A stretch of DNA of 62,460 bases, filler included, from Choristocarpus tenellus KU-1152 (Eukaryota; Protista; Phaeophyceae): the NCBI GenBank assembly GCA_964200185.2. It is 14 parts of 14 records of this genome, joined end to end, with 100 filler letters (N's around TTAATTAATTAA, not from the genome) between each part and the next. Parts side by side here need not be neighbours in the genome. Positions count along the whole stretch, not along the records: positions 1 to 3,628 come from CAXNAD020018860.1; positions 3,729 to 7,197 come from CAXNAD020019821.1; positions 7,298 to 12,034 come from CAXNAD020013267.1; 11 more parts are not named here. One strand, given 5' to 3'. The notes beneath the pieces were generated by a model that saw only the letters and a program-made list of their open reading frames with translations, searched no databases and was not told where the DNA came from. The position numbers and the translations under genes are program-made. This document shows, one piece after another, positions 1 through 12,034 of this stretch. Each line of letters starts with the position of its first letter. The stretch's first letter is position 1.

Positions 1-37
1 GTGTAGACCTCCCCCCCCCTCCCTGATACTTTGGGTC
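1..37. mobile_element. MITE family A, terminal fragment
   Basis: GTGTAGACC-poly(C)-TGATACTTTGGGTC matches the end of complete family A copies (e.g. 30415-30591). Confidence 0.75.
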
Positions 38-749
38 TTGTTAGTATGAAGGAAGGGAAAAGGGTCAGGGCTAGGTTTAGGGTTAGTGTATTATTTCTTT
101 AATGTAAGGTGTGGACGCAATCTGGAGGTGTATACGAGTGGTTATTGGTCAAGGTCTATTGTCATACGTTTCTCTAAAAGTAGTTCAAGGTACACTTCCA
201 GAGGTCCTGGTTTGGTGCTGTGCTTAGGAGTGTCGTGCGTGGAGTTTGGTATATGATCCTCCAAGATTCGAAGGAGGTCGAGATCGGTTCTAGTTTGTCG
301 ACACTTGGACAAAGCATAAGATGATGCATAGAGTATCAAGAAAAGGCATGAGGTGCGTTATAGTGTTCAAGGAATAAATAGCGACTTTGAGAAGGACAGG
401 GTATCCATCGCAGGCCCTGCCGAATTGTTTGGAAAGGTTAGCTGAGAAGATGGAGAAGGGTTGTTTGAAATATGTATTATATTTTAGTTGTCTAAACCTT
501 GTAGCAGACGCGCTCTTTTAAACAAATAATAACACAAGTGTCTAATCCTCAATGTGAGCATGATATAAGATACGCTGACGACTCTGACTGGTAGCAATGT
601 ATCCGATACCACTGTCTAAATGCATAACTCATGGAATAGAAAGTGCATGAATATGGTAGTCGGACACCAAGGCAAGGTACACTGATGCATAAATCAGTGT
701 ACCTGTAACTCTACCCGTACTTTAAAAAGAAACTGAAACGACTGAAGCC

Positions 750-2530
750 CTATTTCAATTGGTGGGCGGACTCGAAATTGCATTTGTCACCCTTCTCCCA
801 CCACTCTGTGAGCTTAGGGTATGCCTCGACAAGAAGGTGCCATAGCTTTAGGCGTGTGGAGTACCTTGCGTTCCAAGGTTCGGGCTTCACGAGGCTCAAG
901 AAGATAGCCTTCCTCGCCTGGAGTGCTTCCACATGCTCGGGACGCAACGTGTTGTCTGTCTTCCCTCCACGATCGCCGAGTTTAACCTGTGTGGACTCAT
1001 GGACGTAGCATTCATCCCCGAAAACAAGAGAGTCGGTCCCTTTACCGGCCTTGATGATCCTGAACCCATGATCGTAGATGATTTGGGTGAGGATGTGAGT
1101 TTGCACTCGATACTGTGAAGAACCAGGTTTCGTTGCCGATTGTAGGAGCTCGTTAACGCACGCCTCCATGAAGGCTTCGGTGATCCCCACATCGGATGCA
1201 TCGCCGGAGTCAGCCGCGTCCTGTGTGATGCAATCCTCATCACCATGAGATGGCCTTTTGTCGACATCATCTTACCTCGATGTAGATGAACACGGATTTA
1301 CCGATATATCTGCCCATTTTGGTAGAAGTGAAGACATCTGCGAAGAAGCCAGGTTATAAAGCGCTGCCATCAGGACCACGAGGCTGTTTGAAGGGTCTCA
1401 TCTGTCCAGCACCTTCTCTCACCCTCTTCTTCCTAATTGGCGTCCTTTTCCCCTTTCCTTTGCCCTTCCCAGAAGGCTTATCCCTCGGGGTTGGGGTAGG
1501 ATAGGCATGGGCGCGGTTCTTACTTCACTTCACACTATGGTCGTAGATGTTCCCTGGCCCTTGTGACTCGTCGCCACCGCTGCCCACCGAATGGGTGTTA
1601 GGGACATACATGGGTCACTCCTGACAGGCGTGAACTCTGAGTCCGTGCCTGAACGCCCACCCACGTCCTCCTGTACAAGTTCCTCTGGACCCATAAAGGG
1701 TTTCAATCAGGTCGGTCCCCATCGCCTTCAGAGTCTATTCTTACCCTCTTCTTCCTAATTAGCATCCTTTTCCACTTTCCTGTGCCTTTCTCGGAAGGCT
1801 TGTCCCTTGGGGTAGGATCGACAAGGATGTGGTTCTCACTTCGCCTCGCACTATGGTCGTAGGTCTTCCCTGGTACTTGCGACTCGTCGCCGCCACTGCC
1901 TACCGAATGGGCGTTCGGGGACATACATGGGTCACTCCTGACAGGCATGGACTCTGAGTCCTTGCCTAGCCGCCCCCTCACGTCCTCCTGTGCAAGTTCT
2001 TTTGGACCTGACAAAGCGTCACAAACGGGTTGATCCCCATCGCCTTCAGAGTCGTGTTCCAAGGGTGCGATTATATGCCTCCCCCCTCGTAGAGTCCAGC
2101 TTCCCGTACCTACTGCAGAGCTAGGTGATGGGTTATCTTGTTCCTCTTCATCACCTGGTGGGTTGGGTCTTCCACAAGGTATTGGCGTGGATACGCCACC
2201 AGCTACCGGTGTCTTCACCAGTGCAAAATTCCGGAAGGTGTAGAGTTCGTCTATGAGGAGTTTGATACGATCCAGATCTAGGTTGTCCCCGAGGGCGGTG
2301 CATATGATTACCATGCCTCCTGGTCGGGTCTGGAGAAGGGAGGCTTCTCTCTCGTGAGCAGCGCTCGTTTCGGACTTGAACTTCTCGAGGTCGTGCTCGG
2401 ATGTGTTGTTCTTGTCTGGGGTCATCACGATGGTTGTGACTCTAGTTATATCTGTGGTGGAGGAGTAGGCAAAGGACTTGGCGAAGTAGGGGTCAAAACA
2501 ACGGGAGGAGATGTTCGTGTTAGGAGGCAA
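750..2530 (-). pseudogene. Decayed long intronless ORF of unknown origin (TE- or virus-derived?)
   Basis: ORFs 1703-2530 and 750-1190 are linked by coding-like sequence with stops/frameshifts (...LLPKWADISVNPCSSTSR*DDVDKRPSHG...). It contains a ~320-bp tandem duplication. No domain recognised. Confidence 0.35.
1416..2053. repeat. Diverged tandem duplication, 2 x ~320 bp
   Basis: 1416-1735 vs 1736-2053 share e.g. ACCCTCTTCTTCCTAATT, GGGACATACATGGGTCACTCCTGACAGGC and TCCCCATCGCCTTCAGAGTC. Confidence 0.9.
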
Positions 2531-3554
2531 GGGATGAGATAGAGGTTGGTGACAAGGAATAAGCGAGGCAGGATACAGAGGAGGAGGCAGGGGCTGAGGA
2601 AACGATGGATGGATTAGAGTACTTGCAGTTCGTTAAACTTGGGTGGATTATTCGAGCCCATAAAACAGGAAGACAAATAGGGCTGGTAACATAGGGTGAA
2701 CACTAGCATGTAACCGCGAAATAATTTCCCTTCTTTTACCGGGTTCTGTCGATTGGTACAACACAGCAAAGGTATGAATCAATCTGTTCGACGAGCAATT
2801 TCGCAACATATGATACCGGAGAACCCTGTGACAATGTTCGTTGTGAAACTGTCAAACGTCGGTAAGATCTGTGAGTCTAGTAGGTTGTGTGTTTGGTGTA
2901 CGGAACCATATCTTTGGATTCTAACCTATGGCGATGTTGTACAATGATGTATTTGCTTGCCTGTGTGTTCGCCACTGGTGTTCAGGGTAACGCCCTCAGA
3001 GTATTTGACGATGCCCAGGTATTTTGTACCCTCCTCCACATCCCCCCTCAACACGAGGTCGCTTTTCACCTGTGGATTTTATGGGGTTATATTAATATGT
3101 GCGCGATCAGGGCGTTTAATGTGAGGCGGCTTGATATGAACTGAAATACGGTGGAGAAATGAGATGATGAACCTCACACTCAGTTGAGTACCTCGTCACT
3201 GAGGATATATTTTTTGGTAGGAGGCCCCTCTGCTGAAGACCTTGCGGAGGAGTCATTGGCGTAGGGGTCTATCCCGAGCTTGTCTTTCCTTTTTAGGTCG
3301 TTCATTACTTGTATGGTGACCTCCAGGTCAGCCCTCTTGATGAGGACATTCTTGGTGTGCATACGTCTTATGTATGCCAATTTGACTTTCCAGGGTTGAG
3401 ACGCCCACTCCTCCTCCACCTGGGCGGCAGACGCTGAGTCTGGATCAACGACCCCTGGTCTGTTCTTCTTCCCCTTTCGTCTTGTCTTCTTCTTTCCTTT
3501 GTCCTGGTCGGCCGGGGGCCGTTTGTTCCGGACACCCCTTAGAGTGTGGGAGAA

Positions 3555-3628
3555 GGGTCAAAGTATCTTGGGGGGGCGGGGTCGGCGTCCGTTTTTCACC
3601 CATTTTTCGATTTTCACTTTTTTGGTGT
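3555..3628. mobile_element. MITE family C, truncated by contig end
   Basis: GGGTCAAAGTATCTTG(n)...GGCGTCCGTTTTTCACCC, as in the 17685-17860 and 47467 copies. Confidence 0.8.
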
Positions 3629-3728
3629 NNNNNNNNNNNNNNNNNNNNNNNNNNNNNNNNNNNNNNNNNNNNTTAATTAATTAANNNNNNNNNNNNNNNN
3701 NNNNNNNNNNNNNNNNNNNNNNNNNNNN
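3629..3728. other. Artificial contig-joining linker (first of 13)
   Basis: N44-TTAATTAATTAA-N44, which places stops in all six frames. Identical linkers at 7198-7297, 12035-12134, 16294-16393, 19363-19462, 22188-22287, 27321-27420, 34323-34422, 39566-39665, 47642-47741, 50559-50658, 55106-55205 and 59596-59695. A separate 10-N gap lies at 13604-13613. Confidence 0.98.
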
Positions 3729-4323
3729 CCCCCCCCCCCCCCCCCAGATACTTTGAACCTTCAACAAAAATGAGAAAAAAAAATTATACATGCAAGACTG
3801 AGATATAGCTGCAACTTACAATTTCAATTGGTTCAGCTGTTGCCGCTTAATAGCAATTATTCATATGAGTCATAGTGCGTGACCATGTGCAAACACACAG
3901 GTGACGAATGGCGCAGTCACAATAATACAGACCCCTGCCAACCGGTGAACGGCTCCTCCATAGGCAAACAAAAAATCGAGACTTACATTGAACACATGCA
4001 CGGAAGCGTCTTGAACTGCAAGACAAACAGGAACTCTCAGAGGGATAGGTACAATCGGGGACAATACAAAGAATAACAAAATAAATAATTCAAAAAGCTA
4101 CTTGATTTATCACTTAGTCGAAGATTGATCGGATGCCGCCAAACGTAATCAGCAATGGCCTGCAACTCTATTTATAAAGTCTCGATTTAACAAACAATCG
4201 AACCTAATCTTTCAACTTGTGCTACCAGGAGTACGTGGTATTCTTCCATTAGCACCTCAGGAGTCGTGCACACCTTCCACCAACAACAGGTCATACTTAC
4301 CTCCCAGGAAACAAATCTACAAC

Positions 4324-5472
4324 TCACGAGGGTCGAGTCGAATTGTGCGTCCCCTTGCACGTGACATAAAGGCTTGGACCAGTAACAGCATCAGAAAGGT
4401 GCATCCCGTGACTGGGGCGCACCATCGTATCCTGAGCAAGTACACACATTGCATGAAGTGGATGATAAGGGTAACGGGTCAAGAATTGGGACAGAAAAAA
4501 GGGATTTCGAGGAGAGGTGCTTGGGAAGAACAGGTTCAAAAGGAGTGCACAAGCAGGTGGATGGGGTGGATGTGCGCGGGACTAGGTCACACAGGGGGCA
4601 GGGTGAGCGATGTGGACGTAACTTGGAGGTGTGGTAAGGGGAGAGAGATAGACACCACAAAAGGCCAAAACACAAAGGTTCATGTACCACTACCGTACTC
4701 AAGTACATTTGATCTTTCCAGGTAACAGTAACAGATATATTGCCAGAAGAGAGTTGGGAAGGCGTCAACCTTCAGAGCAAATAACCCACTAGCGCTTCCA
4801 TAAATGCCTTACACAATCGTACCTCAGAGCCTGCAATAAACAACAGCGCCATCACAAACCCTAACCCTAACCCTAACCCTCAGACCCCTTACTGTGTGTA
4901 CACCTTACATCTGTCCCCACCTTTCTAGCCGCAACAAAGAGCGTGGGGCATTTAACATGCCGGGCACGTTCCAGAGTGTTGATAGACTTGAGGTCACATC
5001 TTGTCTTCTTCTTCACACTTCTTCGGAGCAATTTAAGTGCACCATTCAGAAGGAAGTTCGGGAGGTTAATCTGAGGAGAGGAGGGTCGGATGGGGAGTCA
5101 GGGCAATGGGTGCCATGGATGGGAATTCTGAGGGCGATCCCCTCCCTTCTCCCATCTGGCTTAGAAAGACAAGGATTCCACTGCATTACAAAGCAACCAA
5201 CTCGTCGTTACCCAGTGCACAGCAAACTCCGTGCGCTGTCTGCACCCTGCCATGGGATCACACAGCAATGATTTACCATGCACATCATCCAAACTACAGA
5301 AAATAATTAGAATTCGTGTTCCTCCTAGGATTTATACTCCTCCTTTTGAACCCATTTCCAGAAGACATTGGGTTAGGGTTAGGGTTGGGGTTGGGTTTAG
5401 GGTTAGGGTTGGGTCCAGAATTGCTCGCTTTCGGGGAAAATCCTTAGTCAGGAGGTCAGATGCAGTTCTTCC

Positions 5473-5504
<32 letters not shown>

Positions 5505-6600
5505 AAAGTCCAACATAATGTACGTGATTTATTCGGTTGTATCAAGTTCGATTCATTTCTAGCGAACATATAAAACCTACCTGCCCCTGACTAACTAAGT
5601 CCCTGGCCAATGCCTCGAACGAGGCGAAGGGACTGTCGAGGATCATCCCACTCAAGGCCTCGGTGTCATAGCGACCTGCATACAGAAGAGCTGATGCTGC
5701 ACCCATACTCCGTCCCCAAAGTACGAACTTGTGGGACATGTCTAGGTAGAGACGGTCACAAAGGGTAAGGGAAAGGGAAAACGCAATTGGGGCCAACTGA
5801 CGGGGATGATGGAGCAAAGGAGAAGTAAGGACAACAATGCAAAGCATGTCATGTCCATGGTAGCAAATGGGGTACAGCAACTCACTGTTACTTCTCAAGT
5901 AGGCCAGTACATCTGCCACATCATGTTGTTCAAAGTAGCCAAGGGTCACAAAGTCCCCATCCGACATGCCCGACCCTGAAAAGTCAAAGGCAACCACTGT
6001 GCACCCTGTCGTACACAGCACCTGGCGGAGGGTGGAGGAGGGAACATCAAGGGTTGAGTGCCCTTGCACAACCAGTTTGGCTGCCGCAAATGACTTGGAA
6101 AGACAATGCCTGTACGAACCATAGAGACCCAATAAATCCACTTCAATCGCATGTGAAAGAAGAGGAAAGAGACAATGATATACCACTGAATTAAACATTT
6201 TAAAACCTGACTTGAACGGTGTACTGCCTAAGCTGGTCAAATGTCCAAGCCTTAAGTACAGAGCCCTCACCCAACACACCCATCACACCATTCAGTCTCC
6301 CACCAACAACCCTTTCCAAAATCTGTCCACACCATTCCTGATTAACTCCCTACATCACACCACTCACAGGGCACAAGCTTTTCCTCTATTCTCTCACTCA
6401 GTAAAACTTACTTAACCCCCCTCACCGACAAAGACCGTGTTTTGGTGATGTCAACACGGGCAGAGCTGTTTCCATGTAGGTAGACCACACAAGGGAGGGA
6501 GGAAGTATCCTCCACAAAAGATGGTCGCCACTGACTGCACACCAAGCGCAGTCCTCGCCTGTTCCTCACGATGAAATCAGTACGCCTCATGGCTAGGCCA
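4324..6600 (-). CDS. Alpha/beta-hydrolase (YqkD/ABHD-like serine hydrolase), partial multi-exon gene
   Basis: Phase-consistent GT-AG exons: 6600-6426 (PCVVYLHGNSS), 6021-5886 (AFDFSGSGMSDGDFVTLG), 5741-5581 (nucleophile motif WGRSMG; MILDSPF), 5070-4921 (CPTLFVAARK) and 4431-~4324 (D..VRPSH...GTHNSTRP, catalytic Asp/His). The 5' exons are not identified. Confidence 0.88.
4857..4880 (+). repeat. (CCCTAA)n telomere-like microsatellite in intron
   Basis: AACCCTAACCCTAACCCTAACCCT. Confidence 0.8.
5370..5413 (+). repeat. Degenerate (TTAGGG)n tract in intron
   Basis: GGGTTAGGGTTAGGGTTGGGGTTGGGTTTAGGGTTAGGGTTGGG. Confidence 0.8.
5472..5503 (+). repeat. (CAA)n microsatellite
   Basis: About 10 perfect CAA units. 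Confidence 0.9.
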
Positions 6601-7297
6601 CTGACTCAAAACCAAACAAAACAATTTCATTATGACCATCAACAACACATGCAAGGGCTGCAGGGATGAGGTACGGTACTAAGAGGGAAGGAGATCTTGT
6701 CTTGTAACACACACCAGGAGGGGGGGTTGGGGGACATGTGAGACAGACAGAATTTCTTTTTTTTTGCTTCCCTGTGGTAATACTCTCAGCAAGATGCAAT
6801 TTCAAGGGGTACTCTGACGAAGGCGATGATAAACTGCAGACATAAAGGGGGCACTGGGGATATGACAGAGAACGATGCCCTTTTTGAGCATCAAAAACAC
6901 AAAAGATATCGATTGACCTTTCTTTCAAGTCTGATAAATAAAAAAAATACCCATTTACCAAAGGTCGCTCCTGAAAGGCAAGAAATGCAGCAACCTTAGG
7001 GCTCAAACAGACAACCAACTGTGGGCTATGATAACAACCCATCAACCCCTTAAAACATGAACCACCATCTTCATCAATCCTTTCAATGAGAGAGATGTTG
7101 ATGTCTGAGGAGATCAACAAATTATCTGCAAAATCCCAATGAGGGGGGTGGGGGGGTTTGGGGGGGGGGGGGGCGATATTGTTTGGCCTTCGCAGTTNNN
7201 NNNNNNNNNNNNNNNNNNNNNNNNNNNNNNNNNNNNNNNNNTTAATTAATTAANNNNNNNNNNNNNNNNNNNNNNNNNNNNNNNNNNNNNNNNNNNN

Positions 7298-7436
7298 GTG
7301 TCCATTTGGATTAAAATCAGGAAAAGTGCACTTACAGTAACCATCCGACGTATGCAATCAAATCACCCAAAAATCGCTACATGAAAAAATTGACCCCAAA
7401 TGGACAGCCGCCACCCTCTCACAGATACTTTGAGCC
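7298..7436. mobile_element. MITE family A, truncated at contig start
   Basis: GTGTCCATTTGG...GGAAAAGTGCACTTAC...CCCCAAATGGACAGCCGCCACCC...AGATACTTTGAGCC. Confidence 0.85.
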
Positions 7437-8494
7437 AAATAGATGTAGGAAAAGAGCACGCAAATGATATTTATCCTCACCAGGTGGAGTGCCTTTTTCT
7501 CCTCCGGTGCTCTGTAGGCTGTGCCAATGGTTTCTCTTCTCGACGACTACATGGCAGTTTTCAAGCCAATTAAATTTGTAATCACATTACTCCTTGATTT
7601 GTAACACTAAGAATTAAACATATTTCTTGCCCTGCTGAATGAGAGGAGGGGGCAGCTATTGTGGTATGATGTGAATGTTGATACTTGGTGGTACGTTCAT
7701 TTTCACCTATCTATCCCTCTTTTCGTGGATCCAATCAAGACCCGGCTAGGTATTACATTGTGGAGCTAGCAATAATATACTACTATGACATCAGTATCGA
7801 CACTTGGGGGCAATGTGCCTTCAGTAGTGAACCCGAACCAACCACCATTGTGTCTAAGACTCAGACATGGACCAGACCTTGAGGATGATGGGGAATTAAT
7901 GATATATGCATGCACATGCATAAATGAGTCAAAGTAAGCGAGAGGTACTTAAGGACGTTTCAAACATTATGGAAATAAACCCTCTCAACCAAAAGTTAGC
8001 ACTTCATTCATACAAATACAGGGGAATTGCAAAAGATTGAAAAACCGGCTTACAATGCAAAGCGACCAAAAACTGGGTACCTCTCATTTACTTTGGCTCA
8101 ATGTCATGCATGGCATGTGACTTGAAACCACTCAGAGCACATATGACGGATTTTAACTAAAAAATATCTACAAAATCCAATAATGGCAATCAAGAACAGT
8201 AGTGTTAATACAATTATCTTCTTATCCCAACCCATGTACAGAGGCACTACACATTGCACTATTCATATTAACCAATGTAACTAATTGTATCACAACAATC
8301 TATATTACCTCCGTTCATGGCTTGATTCTTGCGTGTGAGTTAAGGTATCCCATTGTTTGTTGCTCTGCCTCCTCCCTTGAATCTTCAATTGGACTCGCCT
8401 AGGCGTTGGTCTGGAGGAGTACAATCCATACATTGTGCTTGCCATGTGGACTTTGGATAGTCGAAACCGGAATTCCATGAAAATAATTGTGGAT

Positions 8495-8558
8495 TGACAG
8501 GGTTCAACTCTGTGAAATTCAAGCTGAAAATGACCTCTATTAACCACTGAGCCACAAC
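8495..8558 (-). mobile_element. tRNA-related Pol III head (probable SINE remnant or tRNA pseudogene)
   Basis: Minus strand has A-box TGGCTCAGTGG and a degenerate B-box GAGTTGAACCC at tRNA-like spacing; no intact cloverleaf. Confidence 0.4.
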
Positions 8559-8582
8559 AACTAACAACTTACCAATAACAAA

Positions 8583-9273
8583 ACTTTTCACCATACCAGT
8601 CCTTAACCAATCCAGTCTAGCTACTATCTCTGACCCCTTGGACTGGTCCTGTCAAAAGGTATTGTACAAGAGCCACTTTGTCGCCTGGACTGACTATGGC
8701 CTCCATCAACAATAAAGTTTATTGACTGGTTCAGCCTGGACAGGATGGGTCAGGCCAGTAGTCCTGTGAAGGCATGTGGGTTGACTCCGAAATGATCCCA
8801 AACACTGTGTTGTGAATTGCACCAATTGACCTGCAATCAATCCCTGTACTCTAGAATATTGAACAGTATTGTGAATCAAAACCATTTATTTATGAATAGA
8901 AGTTGATAAACTTGCCCGATAAAATTTCTACCTCCTTGGTTGTAATCAAAATGCACACATGGTGCATGGATTGAGAAGTGTGAATTGTTGAGTTCTGTGA
9001 GCAGGGTCTGTAATCACCTCAAAAATAACCAATATGAAATAACCTCTGAAAACTCAGTTTCAGTTCTTTCACAGTGATTAACAACGCTAATCTTCATGGA
9101 AGCCTCAGACCAGTGATCAGATGAGATTCTTGACAACCCTGAACCAGTCCTGCTAAACCATATTTGCCAGGATCAGTCTGCAACCCAGTCTGGTTGAAAT
9201 AACTGATGGCCCCGAACCAGTTCTGTTAAAACGTAACGACTGAGGTCACCCCAATCCTGGTTCACTGAAAAGT
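8583..9273. mobile_element. Degenerate non-autonomous DNA transposon with subterminal CCAGTC/GACTGG repeats
   Basis: Imperfect TIR (ACTTTTCACCATACCAG ... CTGGTTCACTGAAAAGT) and many GACTGG/CCAGTC motifs clustered near both ends. Confidence 0.45.
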
Positions 9274-10836
9274 ACTAGTAAATAGTGAATCATAGGGAAT
9301 GATTCAAAAGTAGTTCTGAGCAACATGGACAAAAGACATAGTCAACGCTAAGTATATTCCACATCCAGAAAAACATAACACACATAGAGGCATAGTTTAT
9401 TGTGTAGGTTACGACTACATTTGTTTGGTCACGTAGCCCACCTACAAATGCGAACACTTCAGGCATGCACTCCTGGACCTCTCACGATGGTGGGTTGATA
9501 ATATACTAGGGGAGGGTTACATGAGGTTTGCACTCCTGAAGATTGGCTGACCACAACTCTCATGTACGACAGCCCGACAGAGGTATTTCTATAACTCAAC
9601 CATAATTTAGCTGTGGTTAACAGATCATGACTTTATACCTTAACAGGGTCTAGTTGTCATGAGTAATCAAAATAACACCATGCTAATGCTAATCCTTTTG
9701 CACAGCCTTTTTTTTTTCAAAGCATTAAGACTGCAGTCAATGGATTCCTATCATTGGACATCAAACAGGGTCTACTTTTCACAGGGAATCTGAACGTGAC
9801 CACATTGCACTCTGATAAATCATGCGGGGAAATGCCCTGAAAAGGATTGTGTAGATAGTACCAGTTAACATGTCTGTATGAACCGTGCATGTCTACACCC
9901 TTGGTCCCTGCGATGAGCAAGCACACTCAAGCAGACCAGAAAACCTGGTATTGGAGAAACAGTCTAGGAATAAGGATACTCTCTGAGATCCACTGCATTG
10001 ACAAGAAGTTCAAGCAAACATATGCCATAGACTTGAAACAAAAAGACAGGCCATTGGTGCTATACTCGATAGTATGTTAATTTATGCACAAGCTGAAGCA
10101 CTCTGAAGAACTATGGTGAATATTTACTTGTGCAGCAGTCATAGGTGTTCCATACTCTATTATTGTGTGGCCAAAGGAAGGATGAGTACTTTCAAACCTT
10201 TAATGAACAGCCAAAGGTGGAGCAGCTACACTGCATCTTACCTACTTTGAAATACTTGATAATTGATTACAATTTTATTGGGGAACAGTACGAGAGGGGA
10301 GGTATGTACTGGCACATCAACCTTGGGTGTCTCACCTGTGCCACACATGATTGACTTACAAAGACACATGACACACAATGCATACAAATTTGAGGTATTG
10401 GGAAGGGGAAAGCAGAAAATTTCTCTAATGATATTCAATATCTCACAAGGTTCCAACTTTGTATACCATCCCCACAACAAGACACAAAAAACATTTGCCC
10501 TCCAAGGCAGGTCACTCTTGGAGTGGGCAGTCCATGCTACACACACTAAAATGGGGGAAGCTGACCTTGCTCCAAGTAAAATTTTAGTCCTTAGTCCCCA
10601 GCATATACAACAAAACAATACCCTGCCATACTGTATACTAGGTGGTGCATATCCAGCTTTGGACAAAAGGAGGGGGGAACTACACATCAACACAGACCTG
10701 GGACTCAAACCATAATAGGTTTACAATTGTAACTATACTTTGCCTCAAGCACTGCCTTCATCGAGTCAACAGCAGCACGTAGGTCCCAAATATTTCATTT
10801 TCAGGTGTTTCGAGGAATTACATGGGCTAGTACTGG

Positions 10837-11040
10837 TCATGTATCCAGCGTCTCAGCAGTATGACCATCTTCTGCCTCTGCCAGAGCTGCTTCCTCTTCA
10901 GCAGCCTGGACATCATCCAATACCAGTCCCTTACTCCCCCCCTCGGCTCCAATAGCTGCATCCCTATCTCCTGCTACCCCTACTGTAGTCTTTGGTTTAC
11001 CATCCAAGTCCATCCCCAGAATCTTTTCCCTGAGCTTATC
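10837..11040 (-). CDS. Possible exon, Ala/Glu-rich, unknown product
   Basis: Pyrimidine-rich acceptor ...GGACCAG|GATAAG, then open frame DKLREKILGMDLDG...AAEEEAALAEAED. Confidence 0.3.
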   Translation of the reverse strand, partial: DKLREKILGMDLDGKPKTTVGVAGDRDAAIGAEGGSKGLVLDDVQAAEEEAALAEAEDGHTAETLDT

Positions 11041-11956
11041 CTGGTCCATAGTAAAAATAAAAAACACTACAGATCAGATAAAGATCAGATACAGTCACCA
11101 CTATAATAACAATAACTATATTAATAGTAACAAGAGGGCAGGCAGCTGATGAGGGCTTCTGTGAACAATGTACATGGTTCACAAGGAGGCAGACTGTACA
11201 ACGGATTGGTTTGGTGGGTTTTATGTCACATCAATTCAGTGCCAGACTACACTTCAAAATGGTACATGCACCAGCTGTGACATTGAAAGGCATAAGGCAA
11301 GATAAACCAGGAGTAAGAACCATTACGCATTCAGAGTGATATTATTGACACAGGATGGGAATCACAGGGACCATTTGCCTTGAGATGATATCTTTCATGC
11401 CATTCTTGGAGAAAAACGATCCTTTAGCTTTGCTCCAAATTCAAGCACCAATTTCCCTCAAATCCAAGTAGATACCATATAATCTTGAGAACGATTTTTC
11501 AATACTCTATTGGAGTGCAGCACCACCCTCACCTACTTCATCCCATAAAACATATCCTATACTCTAACCACAGAAACTCACTGCTTCCAGAATACACAAT
11601 GGTATCTCAAATTTATATCCTAACAAACAAGTCAGTGTTCTTGTTGATCCCAAACTAGATTATCAGAGGACCACAACTTCTGACACATGACAATCACATA
11701 CCACCATCCAATATATCCAAACTATTGATCATGATCAAGCTCATCAATCTCCATAATTCTCAGAACTATCACATCTTACCATGGTTTGCGATGGGAAGGG
11801 CCACCCAAGAAAATGTTTAACTTCTCTTACACAAGCATTCAGCATTTTTTTTTTAGCAACACTGGGTTGAGTTTATGCAGAGGCGGTAAAATCCCATTAG
11901 CTTTGCCAGCAGAAAGAGTCAACACAATATACACACACATATATACATATATGCTA

Positions 11957-12034
11957 GAGTCAATGTATCTTAGAGGGTAGAGTCGCGTCCATTTGGGGGC
12001 AAAAACCCAATGTTGCGATTTTGATGTAATTTTG
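11957..12034. mobile_element. MITE family B, truncated at contig end
   Basis: GAGTCAATGTATCTTAGAGGGTAGAGTCGCGTCCATTTGG, as in 16844-17102. Confidence 0.85.

Noticed and set aside
5542-6279. 245-aa ORF as a complete hydrolase
   Set aside because: It reads through introns; only 6021-5886 and 5741-5581 are hydrolase-like.
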